Below, one piece after another: positions 43,440-59,907 of a stretch of 64,000 nt of DNA. Position 1 is the stretch's first letter. Every line of letters starts with the position of its first letter. A program made the position numbers and the translations under genes. The notes under the pieces were generated by a model. The model was not told where the DNA came from. It was given only the letters and a program-made list of their open reading frames with translations, and did no database searches. The stretch comes from the human T2T-CHM13v2.0 reference genome, Homo sapiens, in the NCBI RefSeq assembly GCF_009914755.1, contig NC_060942.1. One strand, written 5' to 3'.

Positions 43440-46216
43440 ATGTTCATTCCAGATTTTATGTGGAAATACTGAAGAATCTAGGTCTGCCAGCCAGCTGGCG
43501 TGGGAATGAGAACTTGTCAACCAACATGCAATATTACAAGGCCAAAGATTTAATTGCTTTTAATTTAAGAAACCATTTAAACCGTATAATAATCATATTC
43601 TCTTTAGTCATCACATAGACGATTATGTCATTTCCACTTCCTGTTTTTTCAAGAAGAGATCCTCAATAACCGGGAACAGGCGTTAAATGGTAAATTAAAA
43701 AACACTTAATTGTCATATAAATTTTTGGGTTTCATCAGGCTTCAATTATAGGAATGCATACATATATATAAATGCTCAAAGGACACATTAAGGAAAGTTT
43801 TAATTACAGATATGTGAAACACAAAAGGGCGGGAATCTTGTCCTTTTATGCCATTGAAGCAAATGTGGATTGAAATATGTTTTGCCTATCAGCAAATGTC
43901 TCTCTTCTATGTTATGAAATCAAATCCTTTAGGATTTACCTAGTTTATTATTTACTGACCACAAGTTTTTCTTGCTTATTTTGATCTTAAAATGGAAAGT
44001 AGTTATAGTTGAGGCAGCTAAATATTAAAAAGGAGTAAAACCAATCAGTATCCATCTTTAAATGATGAAAATTACATGTAATAACTGTCATACTGCTAAA
44101 GGCAATCCTCTAACTTCTATCAATACGTGCTTCACATCCTAGAGTATTAACTTCTTCCGCCGGGAAGCAACTTCACCATAACCATTCCTTTCAAGGGAGG
44201 GAAGAAAGCGTCACCTGTGACTTCTGGCAGTTTGTGATCAGGAATATCTCATTGCTTAGAAAGGAGGCATCATAGCCACTGCTGGGGTTTTCATTGCTAG
44301 TAAATTACCAGGAAAAACAGACTGTGAAGCTGCCATTTTTTTTTTTAGCCCTTCCTTCCTATTAAAAAAAAGTCCTCTTTTCCATACTTTGCTCGATGTT
44401 TGTCCAGGAGGATAACAAAGGAGACCAAATAGAAAATAAAAACTTACTGCAGAGAAAATGAGAGAGACTGTTTCGATAGATTTCAGGCTGGGATAATCAC
44501 AACCAGGGTCATATCTTCTTATCTGTGTCAAGGGTGTGATTGCTTCCGACAAGCCTGCCATTCTCTTCCCACCAGGTGTTCAAGTGGTGGCTCTCCAGAG
44601 ATTTTAGACAGAACTGTGTGCTGCCTGAAACAGAGTCCTATCAGCAGTTAAAGGGGCTTTGCGTCCCATTCCGGTGTATTGTACTTGTTACAGAAATACT
44701 CTTACGTTGCCGATCCAAGCAAAAATACCACGGCGTACCTGGCTAGAAAGGGACCTAATGCAGAATCCACCCTGAAGGGGGCTGTGTACCCACACTGCCA
44801 ACCTTAGATGAATTGATCCAATTCAGGTTTCTCTCCTGAATAATATCAGGAGGCTTGAGCATACTCATTTGACCCTTTGTTGGTTGGCTAATTGGTTGGT
44901 TGGCTTCAATCCTTAAGAATACAACCAAAAACAATGTAGAGAGTGACTGAACACACACCTAATGAAGTGTATAACTAAGAATCTAGGAATAGAGAGAAGG
45001 TCATTCACGCAACATACACAGACCCCACGGCACAAATATAACTACAGAGACATCCTGGTGTTGCCATCAACTTGTCCCTTTGAAGGCACTGATGAGACCC
45101 TTAGCAAGGAAGCAGCTGAGGGAAACATGCCTATTCTGGTTCTGTACAGATTCTTTTTTCTTTTGTTGTCCAATGTATATTATTTACTAATCCTCTTTTA
45201 TAACTACACATAACTATGTTTTAGCCATACTAGTCACTTCCTCTCTCAAAGCAGATGAATTTTCTCTTGTCTAAAATTGCCCAAAGTTCAGATTTATAAA
45301 CTTTTCCACTGTCATAGCTTTTTTCAACTGCCTGTAACAACACGACTGTTTATTTATTCCTTGGCTCTCATTGCAGTTTATCTTAAGGACCACCACACCT
45401 TCCACCCACAGCAAGGAGGAAACAATGTCTTGGCTAAATGCTACCTCAAAGACCTTTCCATTATTCCAAATAAAAATCGCTTTAGGATTTCCTCCTCTGT
45501 CAACTCCCCCTCTCACCCTTCATGTTTGTTGTTGAACAATTTCAGGCCCACTAATGTATGTCAACATTAAAAATATAGAGATATATATCCTACAAAAATC
45601 TACAAATTAGGAAAATCTTATTTATTTTACAAAAGTGTTCATGTGAGATTCACTTAAAGAACATGTTCTAGCTTCTAGTGAATTTTGAAATTATTTACAT
45701 GCCACATTTTAGGATCACACTTAATAAGCAATATTGGCTTGCTATTTTTTCTAACATACAGTTTCATTAATTTATAAGCATACTTTCTATATAGAATCCT
45801 TTACAAATATGCATTGCCTATAGAGTTCTAGTGCATTAAAAGCTAGAACAAAGCAGTGGTGCTCACTACTACAACCAACTCCTCCCACAACAAGGTAATG
45901 TTTTCCTCCAAAGCCCTGACAGGGCAGTGAAGTGACTTGTCGGGGAAGAAAAAGAAAAGACTATCTCTAAGACAAACTCAAAAGTTCTAGATAGAGACTC
46001 CAAATCTAACAATGTGGCAGACCAGACAACCTGAAAGTCTCTGACAAATACTAACTTCAATATAATCACATCCACTTAAATGCATTCCTAGAAAGTAAGA
46101 AGGTAAGGAAAATAATCTTCCAAGGCTAAGAAAAGAAATAAAATCGGCTCAAGGGCACTCAAGTTTTAGCTACCATGAAGTAGAGTTGTGAGTCTCTGTT
46201 TCAATAAGGGTCATGA

Positions 46217-46524
<308 letters not shown>

Positions 46525-48419
46525 CAAGGTCATAAGTTTAATGATCATAATGAGGCAGAAAATAAGGCCTTGGGCTCAGACAAGGCAAGATGTTGAAACT
46601 GAGGCCTTCACATCAAGCCAGAAATCTCAAAAAGGCAACACCATTATCTTCGTATGCATAACAACCCCCTAAAACTATGTGGCCGAAGGCAACCATGATT
46701 GATTGAAACTCTCAGAATTTCTTGGTGGGTTGCCTGGGTGGTTCTCTGCTTCTCTAACCTAGGTCACTCCTGCAGTTGCAGTCAGACGGCAGTGGCAATG
46801 GCTGGAAGATCCAGGATGACTTCATCCCCTGGTCTGGGGCCTTCGTGCTGGACCTCTTCCATGCAACCTTTATTCTCAAGAAGATTAGTCTAGGTTTTCT
46901 GACAACAAAGTGGCTCGGGTCAGACTTGCATCCTGTGTGGCCTGGCAGCTCTTCCAGCCTTCCCCCACTCCCTCTCAACTTTCTCTCACACAGGCACTCT
47001 CCTATGAATTCCCTGCACAATCAATCTCATCTTGGTGTCTTCTTCTTGAAGAACCTGGATTACACACCAATTCATAAACAGCATAAATTAGGGAGTGATT
47101 ATCTGCTTAATGAAATAATTCTATTAAATAATAAATTGCCTTGCAGCATTTTTTTCCTCTTTTAGTCTGAAATTTTTTAAACTTCAAAAAAGTACTGAGA
47201 ATAATATAATAAACACTTATGTGTGCAACACCTGTGATGGACTATATTTAGAATATTTTGTGGGATTTGACTTAGACACTATTTTTCAAGAAGATGCCTA
47301 GTGACTAAGGCAAGGTATGATTGGATTGCTATTCTTTCTCCAAGCAATACACCATTCTGTTCCTCTCGCCAAACTCATAGACTCTAGGACAACTCAGCAA
47401 AACTAGTTGTCCAATTCCTGTGTTTCAAGTAATTAAAATGCTAGAAGATGACAATAAACAATCTATAATTTGTCCTGTTCATTCATTGTTTTTATTTCAG
47501 GGCCATTTGTTTAAGAGCTTCCTTTAAAGATCCATTACATGTCTCCGTAAAGTTAGCATAGTGGTTCAAGAGCATATTTACTCATCAATCACTCATTAGA
47601 AAGGAAATGGTAAGCCTCAGTATTCCCATTAATTGTGTCTTGTACTGATTCACCTAGTGGGCTACCAAGATGTCACTTACACCCATTATTTCTAAGAAGA
47701 GTTCAACCAGAGAAGCTTTAAAGATCTGATTTCAAAATAAAAAGAACATCTTTAAAAGAAAACTTGTTCAGAACCAATGCTTTGATTATAAATCCTGTTT
47801 AATGACTGACGAAAATATAAGAACTTCTACTTTTTTTCTCTAAATAAAAATTACACTCTCAAGAGGTTTTGTGGTTCTTTTCCTCAAAAAGATACGCATT
47901 GCACTATATGTACACATGAGGTATCATTTTCATTTCTAGCTTTGTACCATTCATGAAAAGATTTGTTTACCTCCTCCTCTTAGACTTTCTTGATTTTTTC
48001 CCCTTACTCACTCCCTCATATACATAACTTGTTTCTGAAAACACCAGGACATCCAGATGTAATTCATGATCCCGTTACATTAACCATGTGACATTAAAAA
48101 TCCAGAAATCAAAATATAATTCACATCTATTTGGAATAACAATATAGGTAAATGTCACTTTGTAATTTCACTCCACTCAATTTTTAAAAAAATTTTTTAA
48201 ATTCATTGAAGGTGCAGCTTGAGGCAACTTTCTTTGAATATAATTTCCTGCTTGTTTCTTCATTAGGATACTCCTGTTATTCAAAACAATGTTCGTAGGT
48301 TGAAGAACATGGATTTTGATTCATGAACATATTCATCATATGCCTGGAGGGTTCTAGACACAATTCTGCTTCTTCTTCCAGTTCTGTGCTGCTTTCTTCT
48401 ACACTGCTAGGCTTTCTGT

Positions 48420-48788
48420 TTTCTTTTTTCTTTTACGTCTTCTTTTTTGTTTTGTTTTTTTGTTTGTTTGTTTGTTTTGTTTTCTTTTAGAGATAGGGTC
48501 TCTTTCATCCAGGCTGGAGTGCAATGAATGGCATGATCACAGATCACTGCAGCCTCAAACTCCTGGGCTCAGGTGATCCTCCCGCCTCAGCCTCTTGAGT
48601 AGCTGGAACTACAGGCATACACCACATGTCTGGCTATTTTTTTTTTTTTTTTTTTTTGTAGCGACAGAGTCTCACTATGTTGCCCAGGCTGATCTCAAAC
48701 TCCTGGCCTCAAGCAATCTTCCCACCTCAGCTCCCACCTCAGCATCCCAAAGTGCTGGGATCACAGGCGTGAGCCACGGTGCCTGGCC
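48420..48788 (-). mobile_element. AluJ
   Basis: Reverse Alu with J-type motifs and a long degenerate T-rich tail. Confidence 0.9.
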
Positions 48789-49208
48789 AACTTCCTGCCT
48801 GATGGGAAATCTTACTTAACCCTTCACCCTATTGAGTGCCCTTCAGCTATTACTTTAGGATTGGATCTTTGTGAGAAGCACCAAGGAGATGAACAAAACT
48901 CAGAGACACCGGCAGGAATCTCTGATGTCGCAGCTTCTCCTGCCATCTCTTCTCCAGAGAATGCTGAAGAATTGTGTTCAGTCATTTCAAGAGCAATGCC
49001 CTCAAAAGCTATCAAACATCCCCAGAGGACCATTCTTCAGTTCCACTGCTACTGTGCTTAGCACAGTATTTTTGAGGTGCTAACAGAAGGAAAAAGGTAA
49101 TTTACATTCTTTAAGGCTATTGACCGGAATCCGCCTCTTCTACCATTGCTTCCTGTTGCTCAATTTAAAGGGGGAAATGGCAATAAAAAGTAAACTGAAT
49201 ATGTAAAA

Positions 49209-49475
49209 GGCCTAGCACTTTGGGAGGCTGAGGCAGGCCGATCACTTGAGATCAGGAGTTCCAGACCAGCCTGGCCAACATGGTGAAACCCCATCTCTAC
49301 TAAAAATATAAAAATTAGCCGGGAGTGGTGGTGTATGCCTATAATCCCAGCTACTCAGGAGGTTGAGACAGGAGAATCACTTGAACCCAGGAGGCGGAGG
49401 TTGCAGTGAGCCAAGTTCGCACCACTGCGCTCCAGCCTGGGTGACAGAGCGAGACTCTGTCTCAAATAAAACAAA
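49209..49475 (+). mobile_element. AluS lacking its 5' A-box segment
   Basis: ggcc joined directly to tagcactttggg; TSD aaactgaatatgtaaaa. Confidence 0.92.
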
Positions 49476-49902
49476 ACTGAATATGTAAAAATTGTATACT
49501 AGTGAAAGGATTACTAAGGGTCAAACCATGCCCCTTAGAAGAGGGTAAAGTTAACAGATATTGTGACAACTAGCAGATTTCCCAAAGCACAGAAGGAAAA
49601 GCTGAAGGTCTTCCTTAAGAAAATCTTCCAAGGGCTTCCAATGAAAGCAGAACTCCAGCACCATGGGCTGAGGGGCCTTCGGCATTCTCCATCTGGTCTG
49701 TCCCTCACACAGAGCCAGTCCTTGCTAGTTCCTGGCTGGCCATCAGAGCAGGCTCCACACGCATAAGGCACCACTACTATGCTAAGAAGCGTGCCCTACC
49801 CACGTGGGAATAGGTGCCCTCAGCTGGGCCAACCACACTACCTGGCCTCAGTGACTGGTCTGAGGGCCTGTGGCCTAAGCAAAAATCTTATTCTCATCTG
49901 GA

Positions 49903-50384
<482 letters not shown>

Positions 50385-51053
50385 TGAATCCAGGATACCC
50401 TTTCCTCCTGTGAGCTGTGATGCTAGAGGATTCAAGCCCAGTGTTGCCTAAGGCTAAGTGCCCTGATAGTGGAATGAGCCCACATGAAGGAGGAGAAAGT
50501 GAAGCAAACAGGGAGAGAGAATCGAAACTCATGGATGGAAAGAGCACTTTGAAAACTTTGATTATCTTTATCCAGTTGTCCTCGAGAAAGCTCTCCCCTA
50601 CTCATCTCATTGGTTATGGTTGGTTCCATAAACCAATTCGCTCCCCATTTTTATTCAAGTTTGTTCAAGTTAACTTTCTGAAACTCAGAACAAAAGAGTC
50701 TAGACTAATGTTTTCTACTTTTTATGCAAAAAAGCCACAATCTTAAGTTTTTGTGTGTAAGATCATGGGCTGATTTAATGCTGTTTTATTGAACTTTGCA
50801 TTTGAAATGAAAATCTCACTATTTCCTTTTATCATTCTTAGTTGACGGTATATTATTCTTTGCCTATCTTCTTCTCATCATGAATATATAGTATCACACT
50901 TTACTACTGTAATAGAGAGAAAACGCGATTTTTGAAAGTAAAAATGCTCTATCTCTGTGATCCGAGTGGGGCTGAGGTGTGGGGACAAATCTCCATTTTG
51001 CCCTGTTCCTCCTGAAGGGGGAGGTGGGGACTGGGTCCTGAAGTTGGCAGCCC

Positions 51054-51320
<267 letters not shown>

Positions 51321-52320
51321 TGAACTGATCTGTATGCAAAGGGGACAGGAATTGGGGGCAAAGAGGCAAGAGAACAAAGGAAAAGATGGGAGGAGAAAGG
51401 AAGTCACAGGCATGCTCTGGGAGATGAGCCACATTGTCCTGTAACTGGAGCCACTTTTTCCTACCAGGGCACTTAACCTCAGGCAACACTGGGCTTGGAT
51501 CCTTATAACATCTCAGCTCACAAGAGGAAAGAGTAACTTCTATCCAGGATTCAGTTAGACAATCCCAGATGATAATGGGATCCTGGCTTAGGCCACATGC
51601 CCACTCCCGCAGACCAGTCACTGAGGCCAGGTAGTGTGGTTGGCCCAGCTTAAGTCACCTGTTCCACAGGGCTGAGAAGAGCACACTTGTTAACATTGTC
51701 ATGGTGCCACCGGCAGTGTGGAGCCTGCTCTGACAACCTTAAAGCTTTTTGAAAACAGGAAAGCCAAATAAATATTCCAGTTGATAAGTTATGTGCTGTC
51801 TGAAGAGGCAATATAACTAGAGCTACCATATAATTTATGACCCAAACCTGGACCCTTTGAGAGTAAAATGTGATGCGATTAATAATAACATCATATATAA
51901 ACCAGGGTTGTCCTAGGCAAGTTAGGCCTACAGTTGAATCAAGCGTTACCTTCTTATTACCTTCATATCCAGAGAAGTTGGCCACACACAGATGCCTTGT
52001 ACAAGGTTTTCAGAGGGAAATTTTTTAAAAAAGAAAAGAAAAAAGAAGTCTGCTTCAGGTTTTCAATGGTGTGTGCTGAGCAGGAACAACTTTCACATGA
52101 TTGCTACTTTCCAGCCACTGTGTAGCCCCAGCAGGGAGAGGACGGGGTGCAGGTCACGGTGCTGAGGAGAGAGGCTGGGTGGGGACATGCAGCTCTTGCT
52201 GTGCTGGGTTTGGAATCAGCCAATCACCCAAACCTCAGCCAACAAATCGGCTCCACCATGTTCTACTCTTGTTCTACTCTTGCTGCACTTAATTTCTCTC
52301 CATTCATTAGATAGATGTAG

Positions 52321-52637
<317 letters not shown>

Positions 52638-52666
52638 CCTTTAATTTTGTTTTTTAAATGTACCCT

Positions 52667-52778
52667 GCCTGTATCCCAGCACTTTGGGATGCCAAGGTGG
52701 GAGAATTGCTGGAGCTCAGGAGTTTGAGACCAGCCTGGGCAATGCAGTGAGACACTATCCCTAAAAAAAAAAAAAAAT
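52667..52778 (+). mobile_element. FLAM/Alu monomer
   Basis: tgcctgtatcccagcactttggga...A tail; TSD aaatgtaccc. Confidence 0.85.
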
Positions 52779-53169
52779 TAAAATGTACCCAGATGCCTTT
52801 TTCCTTGTGGCATATCTGGCTAACTTCTATGGCTTCTCTCTTCACTTATCCAAGAAGGAAGAAGAAAATTTGATGATGTTGCCAAATGCAGGTCTACCCA
52901 GGTGTCCACACAGGGTCCAGTGTGTTAAAATGTGGCAAGAGCATCACTTACGGCTGATGGAGAACATACCTCTAAACTTTAGTCTGTCCAGAAGATACAA
53001 GGCAGAAAAAAGAAATTGGCTCATCCTCACTTTCAAGCATGTGTGACAGAGAGAATCAGGAGTTTCAATTCAGACAGACCCTAATTTGAATCCTAGCTTT
53101 GTCATTGACCACCAGCCTTGTAAATTAACCATCACAGTAATCACCCTACCTGAATCTGTTTCTTCATCT

Positions 53170-53983
<814 letters not shown>

Positions 53984-54159
53984 CCCAGACCAGTTTCTTC
54001 AGCTTTAAAATGGGGTAATAGCACTTAACTCATAGGAATGTTATAAATGTTATGTCAGTTTATCAAACACCCACTGTGCCTTACCTCACATTCTCTTGGA
54101 ACAACTTTTTTACTCCAACTACTGTGTAATAACCAACTTCATGAAACGTAATCTGACAG

Positions 54160-54310
54160 CCAGACAGCCAAATAATTTGCAAGGACCAGTGAAAAATAAA
54201 AATGCAAAGCCACTTGTTCCAAAAATTATTAAGAATATCAAGTCAATAATATGAGTGCATTAAACCAAACCCAGGACTTGTGCAGCTGCACAGGTTACAT
54301 GCCCTTGGCA
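54160..54310 (-). mobile_element. MER45A-like hAT DNA transposon relic
   Basis: ataatttgc..ccagtgaaaaataaaaatgc...cttgttccaaaaattattaagaat...ctgcacaggttacatgccc. Confidence 0.7.
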
Positions 54311-54715
54311 CAGGTACTGTTGACAGCTCCTCCCCTTTGCCCCAGCACTTCTCTGACACCATGGCTGTTATATATGTGCAATCTGGAAGCCTGGGCAAAT
54401 TACGATCCATGGGGCAACGCTGGAGCAATAGAGGATGGGGGCCAGAAGATAAATGCCACCCTTCTGTGATACTCAGGTGGACAATTCTGAGATGCATTCT
54501 ACATCCTGATGAGGAACCTGTGAATCAGCTCCCTCTCTTTCCCTTACCTGCCCACAAGTTCTTGTCTCAGACTCTGCTCTCAGGCTTAGACAAAGGCATA
54601 CATTTGATAAAATACTTTGCATAGACCTGTCTTATCAAAGTTCTCCCTTTTTCTATCTGAGGTGCAAGAAACAGTGATCAATAAAAGAGATGTGAGAATT
54701 AAATTCTAACCATTA

Positions 54716-54893
54716 TGAAGAAGAGGAAGAAGAAGAAGAGGAAGAGGAAGAAGGAGAAGAAGAAGCAGCAGCGGTGGCAGAGGAGGAGAATAAAAAGGAG
54801 GAAGAAGGAAGAAAGAAGAGGAAGAAGAAGGAAGAAGAAGAGGAGGAGGAGGAGGAGCAGAGAAAAAAAGGAAAGAAAAGAAAAAAGGAGAGA
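54716..54893. repeat. (GAA/GAG)n polypurine tract
   Basis: About 180 bp of almost pure G/A. Confidence 0.95.
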
Positions 54894-55221
54894 AGTTTGT
54901 ATACATTTCACTCTTCCATGTCAGTTCACCCTTCTCCTCACCCACCCATCCTTCTCTGCCTCAACATCATATACTTATATTTTCTTTAAACCCTATCTGA
55001 TCACCCCTTGCTACAAGATTCTACAAATTCCATTTATTGAAGTCTTATTTTTTTCTGACATTCATTTGACCTTGATCCTGTAACAATCTCACTAGAAAAC
55101 AAAACATGATTGTGATTCAGGCTCTGAATGGGGAAGGAGAGCAAAATTCATGATTTTACCGATAAGGCAATAAACTAATTTAAAGGAAGTAAAGTAAAGA
55201 CCACTTTTAAAGTGGTCTCAA

Positions 55222-55556
<335 letters not shown>

Positions 55557-56344
55557 TCAAGACACCAGTTTAAAAGAAAAAATGACAATTCTATTCTTGG
55601 CTAGCTAAAAATCACATTATGATAACTATTAAAAATGTATATATTTCACTTGCTTTATATGTTACAGTATTGTACTTTACTCTCTCAAAATAGTATCCTT
55701 TCTCTTGTCTCTTTTATTCATCAGCACAGCTATTCAATAACCTCTCTAAGGAACCATATTAGAACAGGAAAACAGTACCGAACAGTACAGTGACCTTGCC
55801 TGACCAGCTTGACTCACCCACCATGAGGGCTCTGCCACCTACTACCTGCCCACCATTCAGCAAATTTCATTAGAAGTTCAATAACCCAACAAGATCCAGA
55901 CTGATTCTCTATCAGATTATTGGATTTTCCTATACTATTGGGTATTATACTATTAATACCACAAATACCAAAATATTTCTCAATTTTCATCATCGATTCT
56001 GGACGATAATATTTTGATATTTTATTATAAAAACATAATACACTGTAAATAGCCAGCACTGCAAAAGAGTATACTCTAGAAACCACTGACTACAATAGAC
56101 TATCAATACATTAGTAAATCATACCTACAAATATTACAAACAGTATTCATATTAGTTTGATTTTTTCCAATGTACCTGCTAATACATTAGCAAATAATTC
56201 ATTGCAAGAGATTAGAGTGCATAACATCCTCATTAAAAATATATTGATATAAACTTTTAAAAAACTATTGTATCTATAACTTAAGCCACGGTTTCTTTTT
56301 TCCACCAAAATTATATCAGAGTATTTAGACTAACTATAACTTAA

Positions 56345-56810
56345 ATAAGTGTATTTGCACATTTTTTTATTCAACAAATATTTCTTGAAGTCTAGTTTGT
56401 ACCTGGGGAAAAAATAATACATAAAAGAGAAATGGAGTCTAGCCCCTGGGAATTTATAGTCCAGAAAGGAAAAGAGACAAGTAAGCAGACAGTTAGAATA
56501 CAATACAGAGCAATGCGTGTCATGATGGGGAAGTCTGTTCTGGCAGTGCTTAAGGAAGCCCTTAACCCATTCTTGAGAGGTCATGGAAGCTTCCAGAAGG
56601 AAGGGACAATTAATCTTGTAAAATTAACAATCTTGTAAAATTGAAGGGACAATTAACCTGTAAAATGAGGAGCAAGGATTGACAAAACAAAAGGAGAATG
56701 GCACAGATGGTGAAGATTTATGGCAGGGAAACTGTACATTCCAAAGCCTAGAAGTAAGAAACAAGGTACATTCTTTGAGGTCCTGAAAGAGGTTTCCTAT
56801 GGCCATATTA
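56345..56810 (-). mobile_element. L2 fragment
   Basis: tattcaacaaatattt...gaatttatagtccag...ggcagggaaactgtacattccaaagcctaga. Confidence 0.65.
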
Positions 56811-56914
56811 TCCAAAGATTTAAAATGCTTTGTAGACTTCCATGTGAATAAAATTTACTTTATATAAATTAGCTTAAAACTTCCCTTCGTGCTGTGGCTT
56901 CTTTACTGATGGGA

Positions 56915-57051
56915 TGGTTGCACCTTGGATGCACTGATGCCATTGCTGCACTGATGCATTGATGCCATTGGTGCATGGATACTATTCATGCCTTGAGACA
57001 CTGATGCATAGAACCCATTTGTGCATTGATGCATTGCTGCCACTGATGCAG
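56915..57051. repeat. Degenerate short-period repeat (TGCAYTGA-like)
   Basis: Recurring tgcactga/tgcattga/tgccattg units. Confidence 0.75.
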
Positions 57052-57176
57052 TCCCTCAGGGATCTTCAGCCATTTGTCAATAAGAGCAACTCTTTCCTTC
57101 CCTCTTTGACATCATAATCAGAATTGGTTAACTGATGTTATTTAGAGAAGTTCTGTGCTTTGGCCTATATAGACTA

Positions 57177-57472
57177 TTTTGTTGTTGTTGTTTTGAGGCG
57201 GAGTCTCACACTGTGGCCAGGCTGTAGTGCAGTGGCATGATCTCGGCTCACTGCAACCTCTGCCTTCCCGGTTCAAGTGATTCTCCTGCCTCAGCCTCCT
57301 GAGTAGCTGGGATTACAGGCGCACGCCACACGCCCAGCTAATTTTTGTATTTTTAGTAGAGACAGGGTTTCACCCTGTTGGCCAGGCTGGTCTCGATCTC
57401 CTGATCTCATAATCTGCCCGACTTGGCCTCCCAAGGTGCTGGAATTACAGGTGTGAGCCACCACACCCGGTC
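57177..57472 (-). mobile_element. AluS
   Basis: Reverse full Alu; TSD gcctatatagact. Confidence 0.95.
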
Positions 57473-57553
57473 GCCTATATAGACTGTTAACTATAGTTAA
57501 TATGCCCTATTAACTAGAGCCAAATATACTACTTCAGGAACATAAGTCATCTA

Positions 57554-57799
<246 letters not shown>

Positions 57800-58944
57800 T
57801 TATTTATTTAGTGCCAAATTTATTTACTCCTGGGCATTTTCCCCTTCTTCTTCACTCATATGTTGTGGTATTTGTAGATAAGAGTTAGAATAATTTTTTT
57901 ATCAATACCTCTTGGACAATAATGATAATTGATCTTTTGTCTCAATGTTGTATATTACAGATAACACTGTAATACCAAATTTAATTTCTTCCTCGTATAT
58001 GCTTTTATTATTTTCCATTTCTGTGGTATGATCAGAAAATCTTGTTGCTCTCATTCTGTCAGTTTACCATGGAAATCCATGACCACAGAGGACTTGAAGA
58101 GGTAAACAGCTGAACATTAGGACTCTCTAGATTATTTTCAAATAAGGAAGTATTTTTGCTGAAACCTAAACCACTCAGATCTATACACTACAAAAGGATG
58201 CATTTTCAATTTTTATTTTATTTAACCTCTTTAATTCTAGTCCTGTGGGGAGAGTAATGCCTACCTCACATGCCTAACAAATGAAGATTGCCTAGTGTTA
58301 ATAAGTGGGAGGTCCCTTTTTGAGTTAGATGGTAAGGATATAACACAGAACAAAGCCAAAACCAAATATGCTCATTTTTATTGAAACAATATAAATTCCC
58401 AAAACTAAATGCAAATGTGGATATTTAAGAAATTAGCAGTTTCCAAGGGGGAAGGAGTTTATTTTTCCAGGTAGCTGCAGATTTCTCAGCCCTTCTGTGT
58501 TTTCATTTATTAAAACACAACTGAAGGTTTCTCCTGACATGGATTCACAGCAGCTTGGATCAGAAACGCATCATACTGTAGTGTGTTGTTAGAAGGACTT
58601 ACTTCTGAGGATTCCACAACTCCTCAGATGTAGTCAAGGAAGATCCTTCACCTCAACATATATAAATATTCAAAACTGAGTTGCTGCGATCACTCACAAT
58701 AGTGAGCAGCATGTCCTAGCCCAGTACCGAGCACTTAGTGGGAGTAGCTGGAAAAAAAAAAAAAGTGTTAAGTTCATTCATTTATGAAGAATTTCCCAAA
58801 CACTGATAAAGAAAAGACCAATAAACTAGTAGAAAAATGGTGAAATATATTGACATACAGTTCACAGAAAAGGAAAGACAAAATTGCTCTGGAGCATGTG
58901 AAATGATATTTAAAATTACTCAACATAAGAGAAGTGCAATTTAA

Positions 58945-59245
<301 letters not shown>

Positions 59246-59472
59246 TTAAAACAACACTCAGTCATCATTTTTCAATTTTTGAAAAACGTTGCTAGGTAAC
59301 GTTTAATAACACTCTGTTGGTAAGAATATGGGAAAATAAGCAATATCATATATTATTGGCAGGAATGTAAGTTGATTCAACCTTTCTGAAGTACAGTTCT
59401 GCAATATATATCAGATAATCTACTCATAAACACAGAAAATTCCTTTTCTAGGAATTTATATAGATATATTCA

Positions 59473-59907
<435 letters not shown>

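Noticed and set aside
48824-49100. Short ORFs followed by a donor-like AAG|GTAAT
   Set aside because: No convincing acceptor or homology; such motifs are frequent by chance
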